DNA from: Octopus sinensis
Taxonomy: Eukaryota
DNA length: 64,000 nucleotides
Direction: 5' to 3'
Assembly (NCBI RefSeq): GCF_006345805.1
Contig: NC_043002.1
Span: 46,934,001 to 46,998,000, forward strand
Within the stretch, counting starts at the first letter, position 1. The number at the start of each line of letters is the position of its first letter. Shown here one piece after another: positions 1 through 13,139 of the stretch. Under the pieces are notes generated by a model. That model ran no database searches, was not told the origin of the DNA, and saw nothing but the letters and a program-made list of their open reading frames with translations. A program made the translations under genes and the position numbers.

Positions 1-200
1 CATTGTGCTTGTCCTCCACCACTGCTTGTCAACTAGTGCTGGCTTGTTTAGGTCTTCATAATGTAGCAGTTCAGCAAAAGAGGACAATGGAATAAGTACC
101 AACTTAAAAATAAGTACTGGGGCCAATTTGTTCAGCTATACACTTCGAGGTGGTGCTCTAGCATGGCCACAGTCCAATGACTGAAACAAGTAGGAAAAAC
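1..200 (+). mobile_element. SINE family A, 3' part
   Basis: Matches the 3' half of the copy at 10918-11350 (gaataagtacc...gtggtgctctagcatggccacagtccaatgactgaaacaagta). Confidence 0.75.
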
Positions 201-1049
201 AGAAAAGGACTTCAATAATTTTATGAATAGGGGGACATTTTTTAAAAATGCTTTTTGATTTATTCTAGAATTTTGGAATTTTTCTAAAATATGAAGCCAG
301 AAAGGAAATGGTGATATACAAAGCAAAAGTATGAAAGTTTTGAACTAAGACTTACAAATAAAGTACAAAATAAATAACATATGGCTGCAGCCTCCCGGCT
401 TGTCAGTTCTCAGTCAAACTGTCCAACCCATGCCAACATGGAAAGCAGATGTTAAATGACAATGATGATGAAAGAAGCTCACTTCCCAGCCATGTGGTTT
501 CAAGTTCAGAATCAATGTCTTCTGTTTTGCGTGTGTGTGTATATGGGTGATTGTTCTTGTTATGACATTGCAGGATGGTTGCAAACAAGAATCATTGTCA
601 TACAAGCAATATCATTCATTTTCAATCTTCCATGAAAAACATACCCGACAATGGGAAAATATTAACCATGCATGGAAACAGGAAAGGGTTGGTGACAGAA
701 AGGGCATCAGGCCACAGAAAATCTGTTTCAACATCTGATCCATGTAAGCATGTTAAAACAAAATGATAAATAAGTAAAACAATAATTTTTAACATGGTTG
801 TTGCAAATTTTGAAAGGAAGAATGGCTGATTAAACTGACACCAATACTTGACTAGTACTTATTTTATCAACCTACCAAGATAACAGGCAAAGCTGGCCCT
901 GGTGGGATTTTGTTTCGGGTCATCAAAAAGTGTGACTAAATACAACAAAGACTTAATTATCCAGCAATCTACTGATTGTACTATTCCACTATCTTAAAAT
1001 GAAAACGTTAACATTTTCTTGTAGATCACAGAAAACAGAGGTGAGGTGA

Positions 1050-1240
1050 AGAGGGAGCCTGCTTGAAATAACTGCCAAATTTCCCATAAATTACGCCTCA
1101 GCTTCTTGAAGTGAGGGTTCACTGGATAATGTGGTTCTAGAAATGCAATGTTTGAGAGAAGTATAGGATGCCATAGCTTGACTACTTTTGGTCAAAGTTC
1201 TGGTCAATCTGGGCTGATTTAGAACTAAACAACAACAATT
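1050..1240 (+). mobile_element. (AAC)n-tailed repeat, family F
   Basis: Reverse-complement similarity to 17773-17970 and 45265-45470; ends in aaacaacaacaa. Confidence 0.55.
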
Positions 1241-1353
1241 GTTTTAATTGTGATTTTGTTAATTTGTTTCATTTGTTAAATTTGTATATGGTGGCTGATA
1301 GTTCAGGAGTAATTGGCTCAAAAGAATGAAAGAACTAAGAATTAAGAGAATTA

Positions 1354-1560
1354 AGGTGGCGAGCTGGCAGAAATGTTAGCATGCTGGTCGAAATGCTTAG
1401 CGGTATTTCGTCTGCCATTATGTTCTGAGTTCAAATTCTGCCGAGGTTGACTTTGCTTTTCATCCTTTCAGGGTCGATAAATTAAGTACCAGTTATGCAC
1501 CTTTGGCTGTCCTTGTTTGTCCTCTCTATGTTTAGCCCCTTGTGGGCAATAAAGAAATAA
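1354..1560 (+). mobile_element. tRNA-derived SINE family B
   Basis: A box (tggcagaaatgtt), B box (gagttcaaattc), central gcttttcatcctttcagggtcgataaattaagtaccag block resembling the Meta/MESC SINE core, and an A-rich tail. Confidence 0.8.
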
Positions 1561-4500
1561 GAACTCCTTGAGAAAGCTAAGAACAGTATAATTAATTTAT
1601 ATCAACTTTTGCTGACTAGCTCTTCCTAACATATTCGTACTCATTTTTATTTTGCATCAACTTATTTTTGAAATGTAGCATTCAAAAATCTGCTGTCTTT
1701 TGACCCAAGCTTTTAATTTTTAGCGATAATTCCCTATTGCTTTTTGCTGCTATCTTGAGGTAGGACTTTCCCCTCAAAATGCAGCCATTATACATGTATG
1801 TTTATAATGTAGTGACCCTCATACAAGCGAGTGACGTTTTATTTGTTCACCAATTTTTACCAGTTTATTAGAGCAATGAGAGGGTAGTACCTCTCAGCCA
1901 CTGGTTACATAAGCAGAACTCAAAGTTCTCTCTCTCTCTCTCTACTTCCCTTTTTCTCTCTTTGGTAGAACTCAGTGAGAGAATGAAGCAATCTACAACT
2001 ACTCATTTTAATCAGCCATCATACAAAACATGTTTCAGTTGAATCAGTCATCACTTGGTAATATTGTGATTCTCACTAGTTACTGCCCACATATGTTGTT
2101 TTCCTTTCATTTATCTCAACAATATTTTCCATTCACAATTACACAAATGATCCAAAAGAAGTTTATTTGCAGAACATGCATAACAATACTTGTACACTTT
2201 TTATGAATGGTGCTATTGGAAATTGTTACTTTCCTATGCATGAATTACTGTCTCATTCAAACTGGTATTTTACGAACCTGTTTGAAGTAAATACATGCAG
2301 TTATATTAAATTGAATTAGCATGCCAATTAAGCCAGCAGAAATCTAGCTTATGATGATGCATAGAAAAATAAAAGAAAATCATTCTTTTGAATACAATGA
2401 TGAGTGCTTCTAATACTAAGTTTTTGTTTTCTTTTATCATAGATTTTATTGTATCAACATTCAGTGAATTATGCTCAGGAAATTCCTCTTGTCAGTCATC
2501 GGAGATGTCCAGAATTTAAAGCTCCTGTTTCAATACTCAAGAGCCTATACATTTTGCTACATTTCTGAAAATCTTGTTTACATTCTTAACATTAAACTAC
2601 CACTGTCACTAACTAGGTCACAAAATAAAACTATATTACCTCCAGAAACCACCACAGAAAGCTACAGTATTACGTTATTGGCTGCTTACACTAAGCAGCT
2701 AAAAATTAAGTGCATATATAACATACAATACTGATGTCCTGTTAACTAAAAGTCGACTATACTGTCAAAAGAAATTTCAATACACCCTTTATGGAGTCAT
2801 TGATTCTGTAGTTAGATAAGGGCTTCACATTAATCAAAATATGTGGGGGGCTGCAGCTGTAGGGAGAAACTTCTAGAGATTGGCAATCTGGCATAGACAA
2901 CAAAAGTTCCTCAGTTGCTTTACAAGGAAATAGGACAAGCATATATATATAGAAGGCCACCAGTTTCATCATAAATTATAAAACAAGCAGTAAAAAAGGG
3001 TTTCAATGGAAAGGGGTGGGGAGGAACGGAGGAAAGATTCAAGTTAAATGTTAATAGATATCCACTCAAATTTTAAGGGAGTTGAATCTACTATTAAATA
3101 TGAACCACATCATGGGACTTTTAATGAATGGATCAATGGTGATAAATAAGTTGTAATTATCAAGCTGAACACTTTGCTGCAACTGAAACAGGATATCGAC
3201 ATTTATATAGCATGTAATTTTCCCATGGTAGTGAGGTTATTGCATTAGGTAATTTATGTCTCATCACAAGCTATGTTTTATCAAGTTTTGTTTTGGGAAA
3301 GGCAGCTTTTTTAGGTTTCATCATTTTCGAATATTTGGAAGGGAACATGAAATCAACTTTTCTTTGCAAAGATGTATTTCCCTTTTTAAATGAGGCCAGC
3401 AATCAATTGAAAGTGGAACTGTTCATCAATAAACATGAGGTATGTTAGAAAACCTGCTAGTTAAAACAATATACTTCAAAGATAATTTTTTCCAGTCACA
3501 CTGAAGAAATTTTGTTTATTTTATGAATTGTTTCACATAAAAAAAATCAATAACTGTGATTTTCACATGCATCCAAATACATTGGGATTGTTGAGTATTG
3601 AATATTGATAGTTGTTTGCTTCTTTCACATTTTCCCTGGGTTCTAGAAAGGTGATATTTACACTGATTTGTCAAAGTCAGTTTCTGTAATAACAGCAATG
3701 AAAATTTCATTAATATTCTGTGTCAGGAAGTCATTTGTTCTGCTTGTAGTAAGGGATTTCTATTTGCAAACATGCTATGTGTATGAAACATGTGTAAAGC
3801 ATGTGATACTGCAGGATAGTGAAAATGGACAAGAAGTGTGGAAAAATTGTGATAGAGAAAGAAATAGAGTATTGTCTGTTGGATAAGCAATGTTAACTTT
3901 ATGGAGTTCAAGAGAACTAAGAAAGTAGCCAGACATTAGCTTACGTACAGGAGAAATAGTTCTACTAGCAAAGACATGTGATGCTTTTGGATCACACTTC
4001 AGTGAAAAGTGGTGTATGCTGATAGTAGAAAAGACTTAAATATAGCTGTGCTACTGTGCTGGAAGACCGAAAAAGCACTGAAACCAATGGTTATGTTAGC
4101 TCTAAGGATGCTGAGACCCAAAGAAATGATAGTGTGAGCTCATCAATGCATAAGCAAGTAATGATGATAATGGTAATGATGAAGTAAGCTGAAGCAGTTG
4201 AACACTGGCTAATCTAATTGCATTATGATATTTAGTTTCCATCCTGAAGCTTTGGTTTAAGGTCCAACAAAGTTTTTTCCTTATCTTAGTTGATAGTGGC
4301 CTTTATCCCTCTATGGTAATATACTGTAAACTGATTCTCTTGACTTTTCCCACAGTTCAAATAGCTGCCTGAGAAACCACTTTTGAAAGTCAGGTGGCAA
4401 TTGTTTTTTTTTTAATTTTTTTTTATTTTCTGAAGAAATTAAAATTCTTCAGTACCATGAACTTAGTTAAGTAACATCAACTTAGTTAACATGTGGGCTT

Positions 4501-5191
4501 GGTATTGAAAATTCCGTATAAGAAAATGTTAATATATGTAGTAATAGTTTTCAGAGTTAGCTGGGAAAGGGATTGTTCTTTACAATGAAAGATTACTCTG
4601 TGCTGTTGACATAAAAAATAAATACTATTATTCTGAAAACCTTTATGTTTTTCAATTATTATTTTGCTAATACTTGCCTGACTACAAACACTACAAAAGA
4701 CACCTTATTTTTAAACCAAGTTTCAATGAATATAATCTGATATACAAAGATTGATTTACAACATGTATATCAAAATTGTATGTATAGATACATATGCACA
4801 GTCTCTCTTTCTAATACAAACACATGCAAGTATTACTTTTGTCCTTTATCTTTTTTTTTAGGGCAGTAGGGTGTGGTTGAGATTATCTAAAAGTAATAGT
4901 TTCAGACTTTGGCACAAAACCACAATTTTTGGTGGGGACAACAACAGATTAAATGACCTTATTGAACCCTGCAGAATGGAGGGCACGATCCACTTCACTA
5001 TGATTTGAACTCAGAATGTAATGTGACATGACTGAATAGAACAAGGAACTTTGTTTGACACTCTACTGATTGTCATCCCATCAACTTTACCTTCTAAAAG
5101 AATGACCAAATAAAATATAGATTAATTTTTTTTTTTTATCATGAGATGCATTTATTTAGATGTTAAGGCTTGAAAAAATGCAGAGCCACAC

Positions 5192-5388
5192 TGGCCCTCG
5201 TGCCGGTGGCACGTAAAAGCACCCACTACACTCTCGAAGTAGTTGGCGTTAGGAAGGGTATCCAGCAGTAGAAACTCTGCCAGATCAGACTGGAGCCTGG
5301 TGCAGCCATCTGGTTCACCAGTCCTCAGTTAAATTGTCCAACCCATGCTAGCATGGAAAGTGGACGTTAAATGATGATGATGATGATG
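5192..5388 (+). mobile_element. RTE-tailed repeat family D (about 1 VNTR unit)
   Basis: gtgccggtggcacgtaaaagcacc...ttggcgttaggaagggtatccagc...catgctagcatggaaagtggacgttaaa(tga)n. Confidence 0.8.
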
Positions 5389-5389
5389 G

Positions 5390-5930
5390 CAAAGCTCCTC
5401 GGAAACACTGCCAAGCCAGGGACCTTTAGAAGTTGTCCATAGGTCCTGGCATAGATGTTCTCCGGTATAAACTGGCAAGTTGACTGTCATCGAAGCCCAG
5501 TTTGCCCCTACCGTCATCATACTTGGCCTCTACCAACTCCCTATAAAAAACAGAGATGGAACCCCCGCTACTGGCATCACTTGAACGGGAGAGAAGCACA
5601 AGTGCCTGCCGGCACTCTGCCAAGCTCCCAGCCTTGGTCTGCACTTTATCCATGGTTCCAGTTCACCAAAAGAAGTGAACCTGGGAAGCATCAATTTAAC
5701 AAATGGAGACCACACCCATTCACTGTCCAGGTAGGGCTAGAGATACCTCAGCCACAGCGCATGTCTGTGCATTTTTAGCCACAGCATCCTAAACCCATCC
5801 TTTAGCAGTTGTTGGCAGCAAATAGAGTGCCTTACAAGAGTCCTCTGCTTTCTACAAGAAGTGGAAGAGCATTCGTTCCAATTTGTTCAACCACGAATCT
5901 CATCAAACTTGAAAGAATAGCAATATACTG
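5390..5930 (-). mobile_element. L1/Tx1-like LINE ORF2 fragment, post-RT region, decayed
   Basis: Broken frames read NKLERMLFHFL*K, RHSICCQQLLKDGFRMLWL, WVWSPFVKLMLPR, FYRELVEAKYDD and PGPMDNF, which resemble the Tx1 C-terminal region. Confidence 0.6.
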
Positions 5931-7424
5931 GTGTTGGAAGCACATCCAGCCATACCAACAACAATAAATGGGTATCAAAATGATGATGATTTTGAGCATT
6001 ATGATGATGATGATACATGAATGTTTACATGCATGCCTAAGTCTAAGTTTATGTATTTTAATAATGAGGATATATATGTTATAGATGCATTTATTTGATA
6101 AGATTATGTGAATGAATGCATATGTATGCACACGTGTATGTGTATATGTGTAGATTAGTGGTATGACTTCTTTTATTGTTACATCCTGAGTTGGCTTATT
6201 GTCCTGTTTTGATTACATTTCACAATGCCAATATCTTCAATATTAATTAGTGATGATGACAATATTACAGATATTTATCTTATGGATAACATTGCATGGT
6301 CAGGAAATAAAGATACACTACTTTGTCTAACAAGCATATTTACCCATGAGCATGGTGAGCATTATGGAACCTCCACCCTTCCATTCCTACTCTTACCTAA
6401 ACAATTACACCCAACCATCACTACTACAATCACTTCCACTCTGTACCCCCCAATGGTTACCTAGACAACTTGATAAGTATGATCAACCATGTCTCTTGTC
6501 ATTGCAACTCTCCCACCAAGTATGCCCAGCTGCTATTACTCCAATTACCCTAGCTATTATAAAATACATGATCAATTGTCATTTATCCAATTACTTCAAC
6601 TCTACTAACATGTTATGATCAGTTGTCATTTCTCTAGGTTATTTCAACTATTCTGACAATGCATGAAAGTGGAAGGGCTTCTTTCTACATGGTTGCTCAC
6701 ACAGTCCTGATTAGAGTGCTCTGAAGCGTGGCTCTTCAGCTACAATAAAGATGGACCGAACAAGGAGGGTAATAACTTTGAAAGAGATTCTGCATAGGAG
6801 AAGGATAGATTCTACAGGCTACAATGGAAGTAACATGCTTAGGAATGTAGTAAAATTCTGAATAAAAATTCTCAGAAGAAAGACACAGACTTTGTGCAAG
6901 TAATAGCAAAGATAACCCATTTAGTATTAAAGAAGAAACACTTTAATACTGAAAAACAACCCCTGTTCATGCATTGGCGATAAGATCATCCATTTAATAA
7001 AACAGTGTCAGTCATAAATACAATGAAAATCTTGAAATACATATATATGGTATTGCTTATACCATGTTGGTATTGATCATAGTAGTAGGGCAATCAGGTA
7101 GAAACACCTGTCCATGTATGAGAACTCTTGACCATTATCAGATAATTATACAAACTTTCTTCCTTTCAGATATAAAAAATTGACATCAAGCAACCCATAA
7201 CTACCACTATAGGAAACCCAACTCTCTTCTTGTCATGTACAAAACTTAAGACCTACCACCATAAAACATTGGTACAATAAAAAGTACATCTGAAGAGATT
7301 GTAGTGGTGTTGAACAGAAGTGAGTAGATGTATAATATGTACAAGCTGTAAGGTGGGATGATGAAGTCTCAGTCAGTTTTCTCATAGGCAAAGAACATAG
7401 GTAAAAAAAATTAAGGTGCATGAC

Positions 7425-7565
7425 CTTATGTTTAAGGTGTTGGACTCATGATCACAAGATTGTGGTTTCAATTCCTGGACCAGGCAACACATTGTGTTCT
7501 TGAGCAAAACACTTCATTTCACATTGCTCTAGTCCATTAAGCTGGCAAAAATGAATAATCCAGTG
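7425..7565 (+). mobile_element. SINE family C, 5' part
   Basis: gactcatgatcacaagattgtggtttcaattcctggacc...ttgtgttcttgagcaaaacacttcatttcacattgct. Confidence 0.7.
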
Positions 7566-7629
7566 TTGCAGAACTGGTCCTTCTAAAAGTGCCCTTCAAT
7601 CATTGGGCAATATGCCATGCTTGTGAAGA

Positions 7630-7865
7630 CCTGTTGAACCAAATGAAACTGTAGTCATGGCTGATGCCAGTGCTGCCTGACTGGCACCCGTGCCAGAGGC
7701 ACGTAAAACGTACCATTTGAGTGTGGCCAATACCAGTGCTGCTTGAGTGGCACCCAAGCCATGCTAGCGGCATGTAAAAAGCATCATTCAAGCCAGTGCC
7801 ATCCTGACTGGCTCCCATGCCGGTGGCATGTAAAAATCACCATTCAAGCAAGACAGATGCCACTT
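7630..7865 (+). mobile_element. Family D VNTR units (about 4), decayed
   Basis: Tandem gccagtgctgcctgactggcacccgtgcc...ggcacgtaaaa units. Confidence 0.65.
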
Positions 7866-8039
7866 CTGCCTGACTGTTCACTCATTTAGCATTCATTTTT
7901 CCATGCTAGCATGGGTTTGGGCAAAGATGTGTTTGAGGCAGAATTTATGGCCAGATGGTCTACTTGTTGCCAACCCTTATTGGTTTTTCAAGTACAGACA
8001 TCATTCTTCCACAGGTATTTGAAAGCACTGAGCAACTAG

Positions 8040-8375
8040 TCATGAGCACTCTGTCAGTTACAATGACGAGGGTCCCAGCTGATATGATCAATGGAACAGC
8101 TTGCTTGTGAAATTAACATGCAAATGGCTGAGCATTCCACAGATACGTGTACCCTTAACGTAGTCCACAAGGAGATTCAGTGTGACACAGAATGTGATAA
8201 AGCTGATCCTTTGAAATACAGGTACTACTCATTTTTGCCAGTTGAGTGGACTGGAGCAACATGAAAATAAAGTGTCTTGCTCAAGGACACAACACGTCGC
8301 TGGGAATCAAACTCACAACCTTACGATCATGAGCCGAGCCGAATGCCCTAACCACTAAGCCACATGTCCTCACTG
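8040..8375 (-). mobile_element. SINE family C, near full length
   Basis: Reverse complement of 58394-58775, including the gtgtcacactgaatctcc...gggtacacgt tail. Confidence 0.8.
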
Positions 8376-8536
8376 CAACTGACAACAAGGAGTGCCAATA
8401 TCAGCATTACCTTGCTCAAGTTATGATCAAATAAAAACATGCACACATGTATTATATACATATGCGTGAACATGTATGTGCATGTGTCTGTCTGTCTGTC
8501 TGTCTCTCTCTCTCACACACACACACATACACACAT

Positions 8537-8571
<35 letters not shown>

Positions 8572-9987
8572 AATGACACTGATTATGGATTTATGGATAT
8601 CAACCAATATGCCTGAGAGAAATGACCTCAAGAAAGCATTCTCCATACTAAATACAATATGATATGGTTTCATGCATGCAATATTAACTAAGATTACCCA
8701 TGCATATAGTAGACAAACTCCCTCAAAGAGGGCTTAAAATCTGAAACAACATCAGGGAGAGGTAACTCCAATAAAATCACGAGTGATATTTGTATGAGCA
8801 GCAAGAGCTTTCCTTACATTACCGCAGATGAAGTTCAATACATGCAGACTAAAATGAATTCATATACAAAATAAGTAGAAATGACAACTGGGTAATTTGT
8901 TAAAGATCTTATGTCAAAGTAAGTAGTTATCTCAGAAGGTTAACCTATTGATATATTGATAACAGAGATAATAAGTACAAAATAAAAACAGCAAAAAAGG
9001 CAGGTAGACGAGATAAAATAGCAGTCGTCTTCATGTTACAGATTAGATCGAAGGTGGAAACCAAATGAACTGGTGTAAAACAATATACATGCTACGTACT
9101 TCAAATTTTACATTGAAATAGAGAAGAGAGGTAGATAAATTCATAAGGAGAGCTATAGGAAATACTTGACTGTAAAGCTAAGATATATAGTCACAGATTG
9201 CAATGAGCTATGCACAAATTATGCCAATATCTAAAAATAGAGTGAGGGTGAATAAAGATAGTGTTACTGAAGGTGCTTGAGACAGATAAGAAGTCATTGA
9301 TTAATAGAAAGTCTCTAGATTCCAAGTTTTTAAGCTATGTTGTATGCTCTTAACTGAACATATTACAGCAATCTTTTGCTCATTGAATAAACAATGAATG
9401 TACTAATAACTGCTATAGTTAAAATTTATATATTACTACTTCAAGATATAACTACTTAAAAAAATATGAAATCATAATTGAAACAAGTTACATCCATTCA
9501 AGATTTTTCCATGATATTTCAATAAATTTTACTTATCTGAGTAGGTGGTAGATAAATCAATATTTTCACAATGACTCTACAATTTTCAGGAAGAAAAGAA
9601 TGAAACAAAAAACAAAAACAACAATGCACGAATTTAGAATGATTTCTAAAAACCTATTAAATTATAGACCTAATTTAAAGCCATGCTAAAAAAACAACAT
9701 TTATAATCAGACAGATTCCAAATGTTTAATATGAATCAGAACAAAAACAAGCTGACTATAAATGTAAAATTCACCCTAACTTTATATACTCCTACAGAGA
9801 TGTGATAATTTGACATTTTGCTTCATTATTTAAATCTAATATTCTGGTCATTGCTAATATCAGCTTCTACAAACCTAGAAATTCTATTCTTTCAACAATG
9901 AGGACCTTCAGTAACCATATCTTCTAATATTTAAAGTTGCCATAATGATTTCTAATACAGTTATAATGACATAAACTTAAGAGTATA

Positions 9988-10485
9988 TTGTAAATCCTCG
10001 AGTATAATCCGTATTTTTTTCCCAAAATTTAAAGACAAAATCCCTAGTGCATACTATATACAAGGTTAAAAATGAAAATTATTTTCTAAGCAATGTCCGA
10101 GTCTCTATTTGCTGTCTGGCAATGTTTATTCAGACACATTTTCTGATGTCGTGCGCAAAAATACCTTAAGCTAAGCTTGAAAGCAATGAAGTCATAAAAG
10201 AATCATCCATAACTTGCAGTTAACAACATTTATTAAATGTTATTACTGTTATTTCTTTATATTCTGCAAACAAAATGTACAAAAAAGTTACATCTTTGCA
10301 TTATGTTATATGTACAATAATAATAAAAGATGTTACCGTATACATTTTTACAAACCAAGGATGTTATATAGACCTCCTTGACTCAAGTTAGAGAAGAGAT
10401 ATGTATTATACACAAGGTTTAGGTTTTTTTTTCAGAGGTACAGCCCCCTAAAAATCCCCTGCGTATTATACTTGAGGATTTACGG
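9988..10485. mobile_element. pogo/Tigger-type MITE
   Basis: TIRs ttgtaaatcctcgagtataat / attatacttgaggatttacgg, flanked by TA at 9986-9987 and 10486-10487. Confidence 0.75.
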
Positions 10486-10917
10486 TAGTCATTGTTTAGA
10501 TACCCAGTAAAGTTGACTCAATTTGGATTTGAACTCAATAGTAAAGGCAAGTACCTAAATAATATGAGGCATTATATCTGACACGCCACACAAGTGTCCT
10601 TTAATGTCATCATAATAGTTAATTTATGATGCAATTTCTTAAGTATTGAGTCACTTAGAGTAAAAGGTAAAATATTCAGAAAGGAAATATTAGATGTCCA
10701 CAAAACAGCTATTTCTGAAGAGTTTCACCGAAGAAAAATCCAAACTCCACTTGTCATCAAAAGCCTTCAGCTTAAGGAATATTCTTCATTCTCTTCAGCA
10801 AACTCTAACAGAAACCTCTATAATCTTAATGTAGTTAAAACTAGACTTCTTTCACAATTCTGATCAACTGTTAACTCTTTATGTCAATGACCTTATTAAG
10901 TATTCTTGTATTTTAAC

Positions 10918-11350
10918 AGGAGTGGCTGTGTGGTAAGTAGCTTGCTTACCAACCACATGGTTCTGGGTTCAGTCCCACTGTGTGGTACCTTGGGCAAATG
11001 TCTTCTACTATAACCTTGGGCTGACCAAAGCCTTGTGAGTGGATTTGGTAGATGGAAGCTGAAAGAAGCCCTTCATATATATGTATATATATATATACAT
11101 ATGTATATATATATATGTATGTGTGTATATGTTTGTGCGTATATGTTTGTGTGTCTGTGATTGTCCCCCAAACCATTGCTTGACAACCGATGGTAGTGTG
11201 TTTATGTCTCCATAACTTAGCAGTTCAGTAAAAGAGACTGATAGAATAAGTACTAGGCTTACAAAGAATAAGTCCTGGGGTCGATTTGCTCAACTAAAGG
11301 CGGTGCTCCAGCATGGCCACAGTCAAATGACTGAAACAAGTAAAAGAGTA
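10918..11350 (+). mobile_element. tRNA-derived SINE family A, full length, with internal (TA/TG)n
   Basis: A box tggctgtgtgg, B box ggttcagtccc, accttgggcaaatgtctt core-like block, internal microsatellite, aagtaaaagag tail. Confidence 0.85.
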
Positions 11351-11439
11351 CTAAGAATAAATTTAGTCTTTTCATTGGTAAATTTTTCTTTACTGAAACC
11401 TTTCAATGCATGACTCATTGTTACCTTATATTGGTTTCA

Positions 11440-11642
11440 ACTTTTGACACAAAGCCAGCGATTTTGAGGTTGGGGGAGCTAGTCAATTACATTGACACCA
11501 GTGATCAACTGGTGCTAATTTTAACAACCCTGAAAGGATGAAAAGCAATGTCAAACATGGCGGATTTGAATTTGTAAAGACGCACAAAATTCTGCTAAAT
11601 ATTTTGCCTGGTATGCTAACAATTTTGCCAGCTCACCACCTT
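11440..11642 (-). mobile_element. SINE family B
   Basis: Reverse complement of 1354-1560 (gccagctcaccacc head). Confidence 0.7.
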
Positions 11643-11786
11643 CATTGATATCTAAATCATTCTTCCTCTTTTATTATCAATTCAATGGGATCAGTACTGC
11701 AAACTTTTCTAGTAGTTAGAGCTGACATTCTAAAGTGGACATATTCTATTAGGCAAACTGTGCATCAAGTATTTTTTTACACTCAC

Positions 11787-11953
11787 TGCTATTATAACAG
11801 GAAACTCAATGCCAATCGCAACTAGCTTGTCTAATGACGTAAGGTGTTTTTGAAATAAGTAAGATTGTATTTGTGATCTAGCATTACAATAAGTTGTATT
11901 CATGAACACAGACACAACACATTTTAATTATGACATTTCAACATATGTTGAAC
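11787..11953 (-). CDS. Candidate exon with a start codon (ATG 11903), MNTTYCNARSQIQSYLFQKHLTSLDKLVAIGIEFPVIIA|
   Basis: Long pyrimidine tract plus ccag acceptor at 11954-11955, gca|gtgagt phase-0 donor at 11786, and 39 open codons. No matching downstream exon found. Confidence 0.22.
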
Positions 11954-12243
11954 CTGGAGTGATTAATCAATAGAGAGAAAAAAACGAGCAGAGAATAAAA
12001 ATCAAAATCAAAAAGAAAAAAATCAAAGAGATAGAGTAAGAATATAATTTTGAAACTGTTATAAAACTGTGTATATTTGAGCAGAAACATACACTGACAA
12101 AAGTCTCACATCAACAGTTGTGATTCACTCATTAAAGTAAAGAAAATATCAAATATTCACTCACTTTCACTGAGATATTTACTTAGAAACTATACAAATA
12201 TACAATATAGCTGACTAAACAGTACAATCTTTACAAGAAAAAG

Positions 12244-12275
<32 letters not shown>

Positions 12276-12278
<3 letters not shown>

Positions 12279-13113
12279 TGACAACTCCGGCACTCGGGCT
12301 GTTCGGGCTTAGCCCAAGTATAAATTTGGTGAAGTGAACATGTATTTGCAAGCTGATTTATTTTCTGCCAACACTGACTTCAAGTATGTAATTGCAGCCA
12401 ATAACTTGGGCTCCTTTTATTGAGCCTGGATGCAGTTAATTTATTTTTGTTCAGTGTCTGGCGGTTGACTTAGAGTTGCCCTATGTCAACAAATGTCATT
12501 TGTAGCAGATATAGTCCCGACATCGTTCACACGTGCTTAACTCGGGTTCAGAAGTTACATCCTGTGTTGTTATCTATAATCGTAAAAATTAAAAGTAATT
12601 CAAATTCAATCTTTTCTTGGGAACAATACATTTCTATAGAGATTAGGATTTAAGTTCCAATCTATGAAAAGTTTCCATTCTACAATATTCTTAAAGGAAC
12701 AAAAAATTATTCAGCAACTCAGGCTAATATGAACAAGCCTGGTAGGTGTAAAAGACTAACTGGTCTCTCTTGTCAAGAGAACAAGCAATAGTCAGATCAC
12801 TGATGTTTGTTGTGCACACCGCTGTTGTTATATGATTACTGTTATTCTGTGCCTCTGTGTGTAAAGATCAATTGCGTTTTGCAGGGTTGCTTTATTTTTA
12901 CCCTTAACTTAGAAATGGAGAAAGATATATTAAAACTATTTTTACTCTTAACTTAAAAATGGAGAAAGACAACAAAATTATATTTCTGTCTTATTGTTAA
13001 ATTATCAGTGTACATATAAGTCTGCAGTGTACATTATATCTCTTACCTTCTTTTGTACATGTGTCTTATGTGAAATCTGTGATGAGCCTGAGTGACGCTG
13101 ATGACCTGGAGTG
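12276..13113. mobile_element. Probable DNA-transposon relic inserted in a (TA)n run
   Basis: About 840 bp bounded by (TA)n on both sides; recurring ACTCRGG motif near the ends; no clear TIR. Confidence 0.3.
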
Positions 13114-13139
13114 ATATATATATATATATATATATATAT

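Larger units (their letters stand above)
1025..2057 (+). other. Candidate chain of small spliced exons (1025-1040, 1724-1759, 1969-2057; further acceptor at 2443)
   Basis: Each segment has a pyrimidine-rich acceptor (ttttcttgtag, tttaatttttag, ctctctttggtag, ttttatcatag) and the first three have GT donors (gag|gtgagg, gag|gtagga, ttg|gtaata). The spliced frame reads xHRKQSDNSLLLFAAILRTQ*. Product not recognised. Confidence 0.25.

Noticed and set aside
5832-6131. ORF tail MRFVVEQIGTNALPLLVESRGLL next to a gtaagg donor
   Set aside because: Another frame of the same DNA continues the Tx1-like LINE protein (NKLERMLFHFL), so this is not a host exon.
8690-9240. RRLLFYLVYLPFFAVFILYLLSLLS on the minus strand, resembling Cys-loop/chemotactile receptor TM1
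   Set aside because: Flanked by multiple stops in all frames, no TM2 or Cys-loop motif, and explained by T-rich composition.
10229-10234. AATAAA on the minus strand as the polyA signal of the putative gene
   Set aside because: It lies inside the pogo-type MITE, and AATAAA is frequent by chance in this AT-rich DNA.
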